From positions 448,001 to 512,000 of the forward strand of contig OY759353.1 in assembly GCA_963662315.1 (NCBI GenBank): DNA of 64,000 nucleotides, read 5' to 3'. The stretch comes from Geopsychrobacteraceae bacterium (lineage in GTDB: Bacteria; Desulfobacterota; Desulfuromonadia; Desulfuromonadales; Geopsychrobacteraceae). Shown piece after piece: positions 18,670-29,053 of this stretch. Within the stretch, counting starts at the first letter, position 1. Each line of letters opens with the position of its first letter. The translations under genes were made by a program, and so were the position numbers. The notes under the pieces are model-generated. The model did not search any database. It was not told where the DNA came from and saw only the letters and a list, made by a program, of their open reading frames with translations.

Positions 18670-20811
18670 TTGGCGACGAATAAAGATAAATTATTAGAAT
18701 CAGCACAAAAAAATTTGAAGAAAAAGCAGATTCCTAAGGCTATCAAGGATTATGCTAAAATCGTTGAAATTGATCCTGCTGATGTCCGGTCACGCCAAAA
18801 ACTTGCGGAACTCTACGTTCGCACGAATAAAAATGCCGAAGCGTACGAACATCTTGAAGCCGTTGCTAAATATTTTTCAAGTAACGGTTTCTACCTGAAA
18901 GCAATTGCTATTTATAAGCAGATGCAACGCCTTGACCCTGGTCAGGTGTCCTTGATGAACCGACTCGCCGAACTGAATGAGAAGCAGGGCCTGATCGGTG
19001 ATGCCATGGCAGAATACCGCAAGCTGGTTGACTACTATGAACGTAATGGCATGGTGGCCGATGAGATTAAAACCCTCGAGAAAATGACCGAGCTGGATAT
19101 CAATAATCTCAATGTGCGGGTAAAGCTCGCCGAAGTCTATGCGGTTAATGAGCGCCTTGAAGATGGTCTGGATGAATTAGAGTCGGTTCTGAAGATATTT
19201 ACCGAAAGAGGTGATTTCGATAAAATTCTTAAACTCTACAAAATGTTTCTGCCGTATTTTCCGGATAACAAAAAGCTTAAGATGGGGCTGGCCAAGGCTT
19301 TTTATCAAAAGGGAGATTACGGTCGTGGTGTTATCATTGTGGAGAGTTTGCTTAAAGACAAGCCTGAAGATCCTGACCTGTTGCGACTGGTCGCTAAAGG
19401 TTACACTGCTCAGGAGGACTGGGATAAAGCGCTCGACTATAATCAGCAATTACTCGCTCTTGACCCTACCGATCTTGATGTTCGTGAAGCAATTATAAAG
19501 GTTGAGTTCGGAGCTCGACAGTATGAGCGTGTGCTGTCTTTGCTTGAAGAGTGGAAGGACGGTTTTCTGAAGGCTGATGGCCTTCAGCGTCTTAAGAATT
19601 ATTATGAAATTCTCAAAGAAAAACTTGATGCAAACCGGGTTGTTCTGGACACCCTGGACTCCATCTACGAATTGACTGGTGACAGTGATAAATTGCTCGA
19701 CATCATTTCTGTTGTCGAACATGGCTCTGCTGACGACGGTGAGGAGCAGACCATTTCTGATTCTTTACTCGGTTCTGTTGATGATGACATCGCCAGTGAT
19801 GATATTGATCTTTTAGCTGGGGACGAAAGCTTCACAGTGCCTGTCGTGGAGGAAGAGGAAATCGATCTTGAGCTGGAATCTTTTGATACTGAACTGACTT
19901 TTGATTCTGATCTTGAAAGCTCTGCACCAGAAACTGAAGCAGTTATCGAGCTGCATGGCGATGATGATATCGATTTTTCAACAGGCAGTGATGCTGCTGA
20001 AGACGATGACTTTTTATTTGCATTTGACGAAGAAGATGAGGTTTCGTCAGGTGCTCAGCCCGTCTCGGGCAATCTGCAGGCAGATCTTGAAGAGGCTGAG
20101 TTTTATCTGCAGCAGGGGTTGCTCGAGGAAGCGCGTAAATTGTGTGAGACTGTACTTGGTTACGCCCCCAACAGCCAGGAGTGCCTCGCCAAACTTGCTG
20201 AAATCCAAAAACAGCAGGATGCCAGCGCTGCAGCTGATAGCTCTGTTTCGGGCTCCAATGCCATGCAAAATCTGTTTTCTGAAGATTTTGATGATTTTGA
20301 TTTCAATGTTACCGGGGAGCACAGCGGCCAATCTTCTGCGGAAAGTAAGGTGTTCAGAACGGATGTCGATGAGCAGATTGCCGCCGATGATATGGAATCG
20401 CATTATAATCTCGGTATCGCTTACCGTGAGATGGGTTTACTTGATGATGCGATCAGTGAATTTTCCAAAGCGGAAAAAGATCCCAAGCGCTATGTCGATT
20501 GTCAGACTTTAAAGGGGCTGAGCTATGCGGATAAAGGGGATTTCCCCAACGCTGAGATTATGTTTCAACAGGCTCTCGATTCCCCTTACCTGGAAGACCT
20601 CCAGCATATGAACCTGTGTTACGAGCTTGGTCTTCTGTACGAGCGATCAGGACGAATCAATGATGCACTGATTAGTTATCAAGATGTTCTTTCACAGGAT
20701 AGCAACTACCGCGATATCCGTGATAAGGTTAATTTTTTAAAAACAACACTGGGTATTCCTGAGGACAATTCAGTGCCAGAAACAAACAAGGAGCGTATCT
20801 CCTTCCTGTAA
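18670..20811 (+). CDS. Multi-TPR protein with long acidic linker
   Basis: N-terminal TPR helices, D/E-rich central tract, C-terminal TPRs (HYNLGIAYREMGLLDDAI, YELGLLYE). Confidence 0.85.
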   Translation: MATNKDKLLESAQKNLKKKQIPKAIKDYAKIVEIDPADVRSRQKLAELYVRTNKNAEAYEHLEAVAKYFSSNGFYLKAIAIYKQMQRLDPGQVSLMNRLAELNEKQGLIGDAMAEYRKLVDYYERNGMVADEIKTLEKMTELDINNLNVRVKLAEVYAVNERLEDGLDELESVLKIFTERGDFDKILKLYKMFLPYFPDNKKLKMGLAKAFYQKGDYGRGVIIVESLLKDKPEDPDLLRLVAKGYTAQEDWDKALDYNQQLLALDPTDLDVREAIIKVEFGARQYERVLSLLEEWKDGFLKADGLQRLKNYYEILKEKLDANRVVLDTLDSIYELTGDSDKLLDIISVVEHGSADDGEEQTISDSLLGSVDDDIASDDIDLLAGDESFTVPVVEEEEIDLELESFDTELTFDSDLESSAPETEAVIELHGDDDIDFSTGSDAAEDDDFLFAFDEEDEVSSGAQPVSGNLQADLEEAEFYLQQGLLEEARKLCETVLGYAPNSQECLAKLAEIQKQQDASAAADSSVSGSNAMQNLFSEDFDDFDFNVTGEHSGQSSAESKVFRTDVDEQIAADDMESHYNLGIAYREMGLLDDAISEFSKAEKDPKRYVDCQTLKGLSYADKGDFPNAEIMFQQALDSPYLEDLQHMNLCYELGLLYERSGRINDALISYQDVLSQDSNYRDIRDKVNFLKTTLGIPEDNSVPETNKERISFL

Positions 20812-20846
20812 ATGAATCTTGGCGATCTGCTATTCCGGAGTTTTGA

Positions 20847-21797
20847 ATGGGTTACACAGACTACTTTAAGTTCGACCGCGAGCCTTTTTCCAACGCACCA
20901 AATGACAGATTCTATTTTGCCAGTGATCAGCACAATCAGGCTTTGCTGCGTCTGAAATATTCCATAGATACAGACAAAGGTTTGGCCGTGTTGGTCGGAG
21001 GCGTCGGCACCGGGAAAACGACTCTAGCCAGGCGCATGCTGGATAATCTGCCGATTGAAAAATACGAGTCTTCATTGCTGGTCATGATTCATTCGGCAGT
21101 CACTCCCGAGTGGATTCTGTCCCGTATCTGTATGCAGCTGGGAGTCAAAAATCCAGATCTCAGTCCGTTGAAGATGTTGAAACAGCTCTACGAGCGTTTG
21201 ATCGAGATCGAAAAAGAAGGGCGTAAGGCCGTCGTTCTTATCGATGAGGCTCAAATGCTGCAGACCCGTGAAATGATGGAAGAGTTCAGAGGTCTTCTGA
21301 ATCTTGAAATCCCTGGGAAGAAACTCCTTAATATCGTGTTTTTTGGCCTTCCTGAGCTGAACAATATCATGAAGCTTGATGAGCCTCTGGCCCAGAGAGT
21401 GGCTTTTAAGTATACTCTAAAGCCTTTGAGTTACGAAGATTCGCAGCGCTATATAAGTTATCGACTTAATGTCAGTGGTGCCTTGCAGTCACCGTTTGCA
21501 CCTGAATGTTTGCCACTGATTCATCGCTACTCCGGCGGGGTGCCGCGCTTAATAAATACGCTTTGCGATAATGCCTTGTTTGAAGCTTTTCTGCGTCGCG
21601 ATGAAGTCATTATGCCTGGCATCATCAGTAATGTCGCAGAGGACCTTGGCCTGCTCGATCCGGAATTTGATCTTGCACCTCCCCAGGAGATTGCGGAAAA
21701 TGATTTTTCCGATGTTCTGAGTGACGATGACGGGGTGGATGCCGCGGTTGATGATGATGACTTGGAAATATTTTTCGACGAAATACAGGAAAAATAA
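20847..21797 (+). CDS. ExeA/MshM-like AAA ATPase
   Basis: PFS..P, G.VGTGKTT Walker A, IDEAQ Walker B, GVPRLIN.LCDNAL; acidic C-tail. Confidence 0.88.
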   Translation: MGYTDYFKFDREPFSNAPNDRFYFASDQHNQALLRLKYSIDTDKGLAVLVGGVGTGKTTLARRMLDNLPIEKYESSLLVMIHSAVTPEWILSRICMQLGVKNPDLSPLKMLKQLYERLIEIEKEGRKAVVLIDEAQMLQTREMMEEFRGLLNLEIPGKKLLNIVFFGLPELNNIMKLDEPLAQRVAFKYTLKPLSYEDSQRYISYRLNVSGALQSPFAPECLPLIHRYSGGVPRLINTLCDNALFEAFLRRDEVIMPGIISNVAEDLGLLDPEFDLAPPQEIAENDFSDVLSDDDGVDAAVDDDDLEIFFDEIQEK

Positions 21798-21889
21798 ATT
21801 CGTTTCAGCTATGAAGGACGGTGTGCTGGCGAGCGGAAACATATTCCGCTCGCTTTGTTTTTTTTGATCTCTCACGTAAAAATGATGAC

Positions 21890-23749
21890 ATGAATCCAAA
21901 AATTCACATTTTACCAGAAGCATTGTGCAATCAGATTGCGGCCGGTGAGGTCGTCGAACGCCCTTCCTCGGTTGTCAAAGAACTTCTGGAAAATTCTCTC
22001 GATGCCGGGGCCAATGATATTCTTGTCGAGCTGGAAGCTGGTGGTAAACGGCTCATCAGAATCTCGGACAATGGGTGCGGGATGAATCGACAAGATGCTT
22101 TTCTGGCATTTGAGCGCCATGCGACCAGTAAAATACACACGGCTGAAGATCTGTTTGCTTTGCATACCCTTGGTTTTCGTGGTGAGGCCCTGGCTTCCAT
22201 TGCGTCTGTTTCAAGGCTGAGAATGAAATCCTGCGATTCAGAAAATGGTCTTGGGCAACAGATCTACGCTGAAGCCGGGAAAATAAAGTCTGCTGAAGAA
22301 GTTGGTATGCCAAAGGGGACTGTGATTGAGGTTCGTAACCTATTTTTTAATTTACCGGCACGTAAAAAGTTTTTGCGCAAAGAAGAGACTGAGCTTGGAC
22401 ATGCGGCAGATGTTGTGACCAAACAGGCTCTTGCAAACCCGGGAATCAGTTTCCGTCTGAAGCATAATGATAGAATACTTCTTGAGTTGCGTCGTGAAAA
22501 TGGGCTGAAAGAACGTGTGGCCGCGTTACTGGGGCGATCCCTGCTTAAGGATCTTATTCCTGTTGATAGTGAAGATAGTGATTTGAAACTGACCGGGTTG
22601 ATCTCCCAACCACAGCTCAATCGCTCTGCTCCATCACATATCTATACGTTTATCAATGGTCGTTACATTCGTGATCGTGTTGTGCAGCACGCGGTTATGG
22701 AAGGCTACCGTCACCTGCTGATGAAAGGGCGATACCCTGTTGCCGTGCTGTTTCTTGAGATCGATCCCGGCAAAGTTGATGTTAACGTTCATCCAACCAA
22801 GCATGAGGTCCGGTTTCGTGAACAGTCGTTAGTGCATGACTTTATTGCGGTTACTTTGCAGCAGACCCTGCGACCTGCGACCTGGGTTGCTGAGACCGAA
22901 TCTGATTCCGGCTCTCAATCTCATGTGCCCCCGGAGCCGTTATCTGAGGTATCAAGGGTTTTTTCTTCAGAGGCTTCTCACGGACCGGCGTCTTTAGCGG
23001 AACATGTTGGAGAATTTACGCTCAGTTATACGACAGCTCCACAGGTTCATTCTGTACCTGCAGTTCCTTCACCCGATCCATATGCCTTGGGACAGAAACC
23101 TTCTGTTTCTGTTAATTCAGGCAACGATGCTGTGCAGGAACGGCTTCCTGTGGATGAAGCGGTCGGCTTTTTCAGTAGCCTTAAAATAATTGGGCAATAT
23201 CATCAAAGCTATATCCTGTGCCAAGACCGCGAGGATCTGATCCTGATTGATCAGCATGCTGCCCACGAAAGGGTCGGTTTTGAAAAATTGCGCAACGCGT
23301 ATAGCGCCGGAAAAATTCCCAGCCAGGCGTTGCTATTTCCTGAAATTCTTGAACTTGATTTTAACAGCAGTAATGCACTTGCCCAGCAGGCAGATGAGTT
23401 GCTTATGCTCGGCTTTGAAATAGAACCATTTGGCGGCAATTCTTTTGCTCTTAAGGCTGTCCCGCAGTTGCTCGGGCATCAGTCTGCTGTTAAGCTGGTT
23501 ATCGATGTTGCTGTTGAACTTGAACGAGTCGGAAAAACTGGCCAATTGCGTGATTCGATTGATGAAGTGCTTATCATGATGGCCTGTCACAGCGTGATCC
23601 GTGCCAACCAGGCTCTTTCAACCATAGAGATAAAAGCTCTATTTTCTGACTTGGACGCGATCGATTTTAAGGCAAATTGTCCCCACGGACGACCCGTCTT
23701 GCAGCGTTTGAGTCTGGCTGAAGTTGAACGGATGTTCAGGCGTCATTGA
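21890..23749 (+). CDS. mutL: DNA mismatch repair endonuclease MutL
   Basis: NQIAAGEVVERP, GFRGEAL.SI, DVNVHPTK, DQHAAHER and CPHGRP endonuclease motifs. Confidence 0.97.
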   Translation: MNPKIHILPEALCNQIAAGEVVERPSSVVKELLENSLDAGANDILVELEAGGKRLIRISDNGCGMNRQDAFLAFERHATSKIHTAEDLFALHTLGFRGEALASIASVSRLRMKSCDSENGLGQQIYAEAGKIKSAEEVGMPKGTVIEVRNLFFNLPARKKFLRKEETELGHAADVVTKQALANPGISFRLKHNDRILLELRRENGLKERVAALLGRSLLKDLIPVDSEDSDLKLTGLISQPQLNRSAPSHIYTFINGRYIRDRVVQHAVMEGYRHLLMKGRYPVAVLFLEIDPGKVDVNVHPTKHEVRFREQSLVHDFIAVTLQQTLRPATWVAETESDSGSQSHVPPEPLSEVSRVFSSEASHGPASLAEHVGEFTLSYTTAPQVHSVPAVPSPDPYALGQKPSVSVNSGNDAVQERLPVDEAVGFFSSLKIIGQYHQSYILCQDREDLILIDQHAAHERVGFEKLRNAYSAGKIPSQALLFPEILELDFNSSNALAQQADELLMLGFEIEPFGGNSFALKAVPQLLGHQSAVKLVIDVAVELERVGKTGQLRDSIDEVLIMMACHSVIRANQALSTIEIKALFSDLDAIDFKANCPHGRPVLQRLSLAEVERMFRRH

Positions 23750-23750
23750 C

Positions 23751-24686
23751 ATGATGGGACATCTAGTTAAAAAGCCTAAAGTTATTGTTGTCTGTGGCCC
23801 GACCGGTTCAGGCAAAACCTCCCTGGCCATGAGTTTGGCTCAGAAATTTCCGATAGAGGTGATCTCTGCGGATTCTCGGCAGGTGTATCGGTTGATGGAC
23901 ATCGGTACCGCAAAGGCGACAGCAGAAGAACAGGCGGCTGTACGTCATCATATGATCGATCTGATTGATCCTGATCAGGAATTTTCTGTTGCTGAATTTG
24001 TTGATCAGGCTCGACCGCTTATCGGGGAGATAACAGCAAGAGGGTGCATCCCTTGTGTTGTCGGTGGTACGGGCCTGTATATAAGGGCTCTGCTTGGGGG
24101 ATTGGCTGATTTGCCTCATGGCGATCATGCGTTGCGGCAGCATCTGCATGAACGGGAACAGAATGAAGGGGCGGGGACGTTGTTCCGGGAATTGCAAAGC
24201 ATCGATCCGCTTGCTGCTGAAGTGATCCACCCGCATAACTTGGTGCGTATTGTCAGGGCTCTTGAGGTCTTTCAATTAACCGGGAAGCGGATGTCTGAAC
24301 TTAAGGATGCGCATCAGTTTGGGCAACAAAACTATGATGTAATAAAATTTGCTTACAATTATCCGCGGGAAGAGTTGTTTGCCAGAATAAATGCCCGGAC
24401 TCTGCAGATGTTTGATGATGGTTTAGTGGCTGAAGTTGAGGCGTTGGTCAATAAATATTCTTTTTCACTAAAATCATTACAAACACTTGGCTATAGAGAA
24501 GTTTTACGCTATTTAAAGGACGAAATCTCTGCAGAACAGATGGTTTCAGATGTGCAAAAGTTCACCAGACACTACGCAAAACGGCAGTTAACGTGGTTTC
24601 GTACTGAACCTGAAATAATTTGGGTTGATTCCACAAATGAGTCTGGTAAAGTGATACAATCCATTGATAATTATATACTTCGTTAA
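23751..24686 (+). CDS. miaA: tRNA dimethylallyltransferase
   Basis: GPTGSGKT, ADSRQVY..MDIGTAK, VGGTGLY, RALEV, YAKRQ.TW. Confidence 0.96.
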   Translation: MMGHLVKKPKVIVVCGPTGSGKTSLAMSLAQKFPIEVISADSRQVYRLMDIGTAKATAEEQAAVRHHMIDLIDPDQEFSVAEFVDQARPLIGEITARGCIPCVVGGTGLYIRALLGGLADLPHGDHALRQHLHEREQNEGAGTLFRELQSIDPLAAEVIHPHNLVRIVRALEVFQLTGKRMSELKDAHQFGQQNYDVIKFAYNYPREELFARINARTLQMFDDGLVAEVEALVNKYSFSLKSLQTLGYREVLRYLKDEISAEQMVSDVQKFTRHYAKRQLTWFRTEPEIIWVDSTNESGKVIQSIDNYILR

Positions 24687-24696
24687 AGGAGCGGAC

Positions 24697-24930
24697 ATGC
24701 CTAAATCACCATTTAATATTCAGGACCAGTATCTGAATCAAGCTCGCAAGGAGCGGGTTAAAGTTTCCATTGTAATGATGTCAGGTGAAACCTTTGTTGG
24801 TTATATTAAGTCGTTCGACAGTTTTTGTATTCTTGCAGAGAGTGAAGGGGACATACTGATTTACAAGCATGCCGTTAGTACGATTACGTCTCTGGACGGA
24901 ACCTTCCGCCTGCATGGCGGGCGTGATTAA
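24697..24930 (+). CDS. hfq: RNA chaperone Hfq
   Basis: IQD.YLN..RKER, G.I.SFD.F, YKHA.ST; directly after miaA; AAGGAG RBS. Confidence 0.93.
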   Translation: MPKSPFNIQDQYLNQARKERVKVSIVMMSGETFVGYIKSFDSFCILAESEGDILIYKHAVSTITSLDGTFRLHGGRD

Positions 24931-24958
24931 ATTAGCCTCATCCGAAACGATATCCAGG

Positions 24959-25000
24959 CAGGGGGTGGTACTGAACAGTGCTACCCCCTGTTTGTTTTTT
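24959..25000 (+). terminator. Intrinsic terminator after hfq
   Basis: CAGGGGGTGGTAC / GTGCTACCCCCTG stem followed by TTTGTTTTTT. Confidence 0.88.
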
Positions 25001-25124
25001 AGTCGCCCTGTTAGCTATTGAATTCCGTGAAATGCTATAATGGCTATCTTAAGTTGTGATTGTAGCGAAATAGGGAAGATCTTATGGTGGGAATTTTGGG
25101 ATATCCTGCCGGGAAACGCATACC

Positions 25125-26438
25125 ATGATTAAAATAGAAACAGTCGCTTCAAGAAGTTATGCAGCCGAGATGGGGTTGACCCCGGGTGATAAAATTCTGT
25201 CAATCAACGGACATCCCGTTACCGACATTCTCGATTATCATCTTCGTATCAATTGTCAGCAGCTTAACCTGGAAATATTACACGATGAGGAAATCTGGGA
25301 GCTGAGTATTGAAAAGGATGAGGAAGAAGATTTTGGTGTCGAAGTTGAACATCCCCAGCCTCGACAATGTGGCAACCAGTGCCAGTTTTGCTTTGTTCAC
25401 CAGTTGCCCAAGGGCCTGCGTAAAACCCTCTATATAAAAGACGAAGACTACCGGTTTTCTTATCTGTATGGGTCATATATCACGTTGACGAATCTGACTG
25501 AAGAGGAGGTACAGCGTATAATTGACCTGCAGCTGTCTCCTTTGTATGTGTCTGTTCACGCGTCCGACCATGTCCTGAGGAAACAGCTGCTTGGGGTTTC
25601 AACTCCTGATGTTATGCCTGTGATCAAGCGGTTGACAGAAGCGGGAATTGTTCTCCACTGTCAAGTTGTTTTGTGTCCGGGGTTAAATGACGGTACGGCT
25701 CTTCAACAGACCATTAGAGATCTTGGCACCCTGTTTCCCGGTGTCGCTTCTCTGGCCGTGGTTCCGGTTGGCCTGACCCGCTATCGGCAGAAATTACCTG
25801 AGCTTAACAGGGTTACAGAGGTTACTGCCGGAGATTGTCTGGATGTCATTGAGGACAATCAGCAGCGCTTTATAACGAAACTGGGGACTCGGTTCGTTTT
25901 TGCCGCTGATGAATTTTATCTCAAAGCCAAAAGGGATGTCCCGGATGTTGGGCACTATGAAGATTTTTATCAGTTGGAAAATGGTATCGGAATGATTGCC
26001 CAGTTCAGGCAACAGGCAGATGAAGTGCTTCTGGAGGCTGAGCCACTTGATGGTGGCCTGATTTCATTGGTTTGCGGCGTTTCTTTCGCTGGTGAGCTGC
26101 AGGCCTTTGCCTCACGAATGACTTTACGGACCGGTGTTAACCTGCAGGTTATTACTGTTCTTAACGACTTTTTCGGTTCTGAAGTAACTGTTTCAGGCCT
26201 GGTAACAGGACAGGATCTGATCAGTCAACTCAGGAACGTTGATTTGGGGGATGGGCTGTTTATCCCCGATGTAATGCTCAGAAATGGAGCGGATGAGTTT
26301 CTTGATGATGTCAGCGTCAGTGATGTTGAGAATGAACTAGGGGTTCCCGTACACATTGTTGACAGTTCCCCCTGGGGGATTCTTGAAGGATTGGAAGTGT
26401 TTGCCGAAGGGCCGGAGATTATCCACTGCCGAGAATAA
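25125..26438 (+). CDS. PDZ-containing DUF512 radical SAM protein
   Basis: N-terminal PDZ-like segment, CGNQCQFC (CxxxCxxC), Q.P.GLR.TLY.KDED.R.S, VVPVGLT, QLENG.G. Confidence 0.88.
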   Translation: MIKIETVASRSYAAEMGLTPGDKILSINGHPVTDILDYHLRINCQQLNLEILHDEEIWELSIEKDEEEDFGVEVEHPQPRQCGNQCQFCFVHQLPKGLRKTLYIKDEDYRFSYLYGSYITLTNLTEEEVQRIIDLQLSPLYVSVHASDHVLRKQLLGVSTPDVMPVIKRLTEAGIVLHCQVVLCPGLNDGTALQQTIRDLGTLFPGVASLAVVPVGLTRYRQKLPELNRVTEVTAGDCLDVIEDNQQRFITKLGTRFVFAADEFYLKAKRDVPDVGHYEDFYQLENGIGMIAQFRQQADEVLLEAEPLDGGLISLVCGVSFAGELQAFASRMTLRTGVNLQVITVLNDFFGSEVTVSGLVTGQDLISQLRNVDLGDGLFIPDVMLRNGADEFLDDVSVSDVENELGVPVHIVDSSPWGILEGLEVFAEGPEIIHCRE

Positions 26439-26450
26439 CAGGTTATCAAA

Positions 26451-28898
26451 ATGCATAATTATTCACTCCCTGTTTATGGAATGAAATGTTCCAAATGTGT
26501 TGCCCGGGTTACCGAGATTATTGAACAGTTTCCTGAAGTTGACAGTGTTACCGTATCTTTGCCAGATGCCGCTGCCGAGATTGTCTTCTCCTGCTCTGAA
26601 ACACCCGTTTCTGACATCATTAATCGTCTTGTAGAGGCAGGTTTCAGCTGTTCCGGGTCCGCTCCTGATGTCGCTGGGGCTGACGTTTCAACCGCATCCG
26701 GAACGGGCTCTCTCCCCTTTGCTGATGAGACTGAGATTCTTCGCTTTCCCGTGTCTGGAATGCATTGCGCTTCATGCGTTGCAACGGTGGAAAAAAGGAT
26801 CAGGCAACTTAGCGGTGTCAGCAGCGTGGCCGTTAATCTTGCTACTAATTCTGCCCAGGTTGTTTTTTCACCGGGTGTTGTTACCGCGAGTGACATCTAT
26901 CAGGCTGTTGATAATGCTGGTTTTAAGGCGGTGCGTGAAGGTGACCAGATTGAAGACCGGTCTGGGCTGGAAAAACGTCTGGTATTCTTGGCGGCCGGAT
27001 GTGCCGTGCCGATTATGCTGCTAATGTATTTCCCTGTGTTTGGCGCAGCGACGTTAACGGTTAATGCCCTGTTGGCCTCTGTCTCTCAATTTACAGCGGG
27101 TCTTGGGTTTTACAGCAGTGCCTTTAAGTCTCTGCGCAATCGTAGCGCAAATATGGATGTTCTTGTTGCGCTTGGAATTACTGCTGCTTATGGCTATTCG
27201 GTGTTGGCGTTCTGTGGATTTCTCGGAGCCGGGGCCAGCGTTTTTTTCGAAACCAGCGCTATGCTGATCCTGTTCATCCGTTTTGGAAAATGGCTGGAAG
27301 CCAGAGCCAAAGGGCGTGCCAGTGCTGCACTTAAAAATCTGCTGCAGCTGCAACCGACAACGGCGATTCTATTGACCGATGGTAATGAACAGCAGGTTGA
27401 TGTTGAGACGTTGCAGCCCGGCGATGTTGTTGTGGTGCGTCCAGGAGAAAAAATTCCGGTAGATGGGGAGGTCGTTGCCGGAGAATCTGCTGTAGATGAA
27501 TCAATGATTACTGGCGAGTCGGTACCCGTTCACAAGGATATCGGAGCCAAGGTTATCGGCGCAACCATGAATCACAGTGGCAGGTTGCTAATTAAGGCGA
27601 CCAGTGTCGGTCAACAAGCTGTCCTGGCCCAGATTGTTCGCATGGTCGAAAATGCACAGGGGGATAAACCGCCGATCCAGCGCCTTGCTGACCGAATTTC
27701 CGGAATTTTTGTCCCTGTCGTGGTTATTCTTTCCGGTCTGACATTTGCTGGCTGGCTTGTTGCTGGCAGGGATTTCCTTTTTGCCTTTCAGATGGCGGTT
27801 GCTGTTGTGGTTGTGGCTTGCCCCTGTGCCTTGGGTTTGGCGACGCCGACCGCTATTATGGTCGGTAGTTCGGTTGGGCTTGAACTCGGAATATTATTTA
27901 AAAAAGCAACTGCTCTTGAGCTGATTTCGGGATTGGATATTCTGTTGCTCGATAAAACCGGTACGCTGACATATGGGCGCTTTCGCTGTGAAGAGATTGT
28001 TCAAGTCGGCGATCTCCCTCTGGATGAGTGGTTTGCCCTGGCCGCATCACTAGAATCTGCCAGCGCCCATCCCTTGGCCAAAAGTATCGTATCAGAAGCG
28101 CAACAACGCGGTTTAGCCATTACGCCTCCCTCTGCCGTCATTGAACGTGGTGGGCACGGTTTAACTGGAAAGATCAATGGAGTGGACGTCCTGTGTGGTA
28201 ACCGGACGTTACTTGAAAAATCAGGCATCAAGGTGGAGGTAGCAGATCTTCCTGACCTGCCTGGCGGAAGTTCTGCTATTTTTGCTGCTGTTTCCGGTAA
28301 GCTGCAGGGCATTATCTGTCTTGTTGATGAAATCAAAAGTGACGCCGCAGGCTTCGTTGGGTATATTCAGCGATTGGGGATTGAGCCGGTTGTGGTCAGT
28401 GGTGATCGTCGCTCAGCTGCAACAAGGGTTGCAGATCTGCTGAAAATAGAGAAGATTGAAGCTGAAGTTCTTCCTGAGCATAAACAGGACGTAGTGAAAC
28501 GCTATCAACAGCGTGGCCACAAGGTTGGCATGGTCGGAGACGGGATTAATGATGCGCCTGCTCTAGCTCAGGCAGATATCGGCATTGCCATCGGTAGTGG
28601 GACTGATGTTGCCAAAGAGACCGGGGATCTGGTGATTGTCGGCGACAATCTGACGGATATCGCCCGGGCGATTGTTCTTGGCCGGCTGACGTTGTTGAAA
28701 ATTAAACAGAACCTGTTCTGGGCATTCTTTTATAATCTGCTGGGGATTCCTCTTGCCGCAGGATTGTTTTTCCCCTGGTTCGGTTTATATCTGAAACCTG
28801 AGTTTGCCGGCCTGGCCATGGCGTTTTCCAGCGTTTCTGTTGTTGGAAACAGTCTTTTGTTGCGGCGCAGTAAAATGCGTCTAAAGCACATTGAATAA
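26451..28898 (+). CDS. copA: Cu(I)-type P1B heavy metal ATPase with two HMA domains
   Basis: GMKCSKC, GMHCASC, TGES, CPC, DKTGT, HP, GDGIND, YN and MAFSS Cu+ ligands. Confidence 0.9.
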   Translation: MHNYSLPVYGMKCSKCVARVTEIIEQFPEVDSVTVSLPDAAAEIVFSCSETPVSDIINRLVEAGFSCSGSAPDVAGADVSTASGTGSLPFADETEILRFPVSGMHCASCVATVEKRIRQLSGVSSVAVNLATNSAQVVFSPGVVTASDIYQAVDNAGFKAVREGDQIEDRSGLEKRLVFLAAGCAVPIMLLMYFPVFGAATLTVNALLASVSQFTAGLGFYSSAFKSLRNRSANMDVLVALGITAAYGYSVLAFCGFLGAGASVFFETSAMLILFIRFGKWLEARAKGRASAALKNLLQLQPTTAILLTDGNEQQVDVETLQPGDVVVVRPGEKIPVDGEVVAGESAVDESMITGESVPVHKDIGAKVIGATMNHSGRLLIKATSVGQQAVLAQIVRMVENAQGDKPPIQRLADRISGIFVPVVVILSGLTFAGWLVAGRDFLFAFQMAVAVVVVACPCALGLATPTAIMVGSSVGLELGILFKKATALELISGLDILLLDKTGTLTYGRFRCEEIVQVGDLPLDEWFALAASLESASAHPLAKSIVSEAQQRGLAITPPSAVIERGGHGLTGKINGVDVLCGNRTLLEKSGIKVEVADLPDLPGGSSAIFAAVSGKLQGIICLVDEIKSDAAGFVGYIQRLGIEPVVVSGDRRSAATRVADLLKIEKIEAEVLPEHKQDVVKRYQQRGHKVGMVGDGINDAPALAQADIGIAIGSGTDVAKETGDLVIVGDNLTDIARAIVLGRLTLLKIKQNLFWAFFYNLLGIPLAAGLFFPWFGLYLKPEFAGLAMAFSSVSVVGNSLLLRRSKMRLKHIE

Positions 28899-29053
28899 GA
28901 ACTAAGTATTTTAATTTACTAGGCTATCATCGTAATGTCGTGCGAATTATGGACGCCACCGCTCAAGGCTGCTATGATGCCGCAGTGTCTTTTTCTGATT
29001 CAGAGCTTAAGGCAGTTAGTCAGGTTTATGTCCTTTAAGGAGTCTTGATTTTA

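Noticed and set aside
19901..20512. 203 aa alternative-frame ORF inside the TPR gene
   Set aside because: Met/Leu/Lys-rich shadow produced by GAT/GAA codon runs of the acidic tract; no independent support
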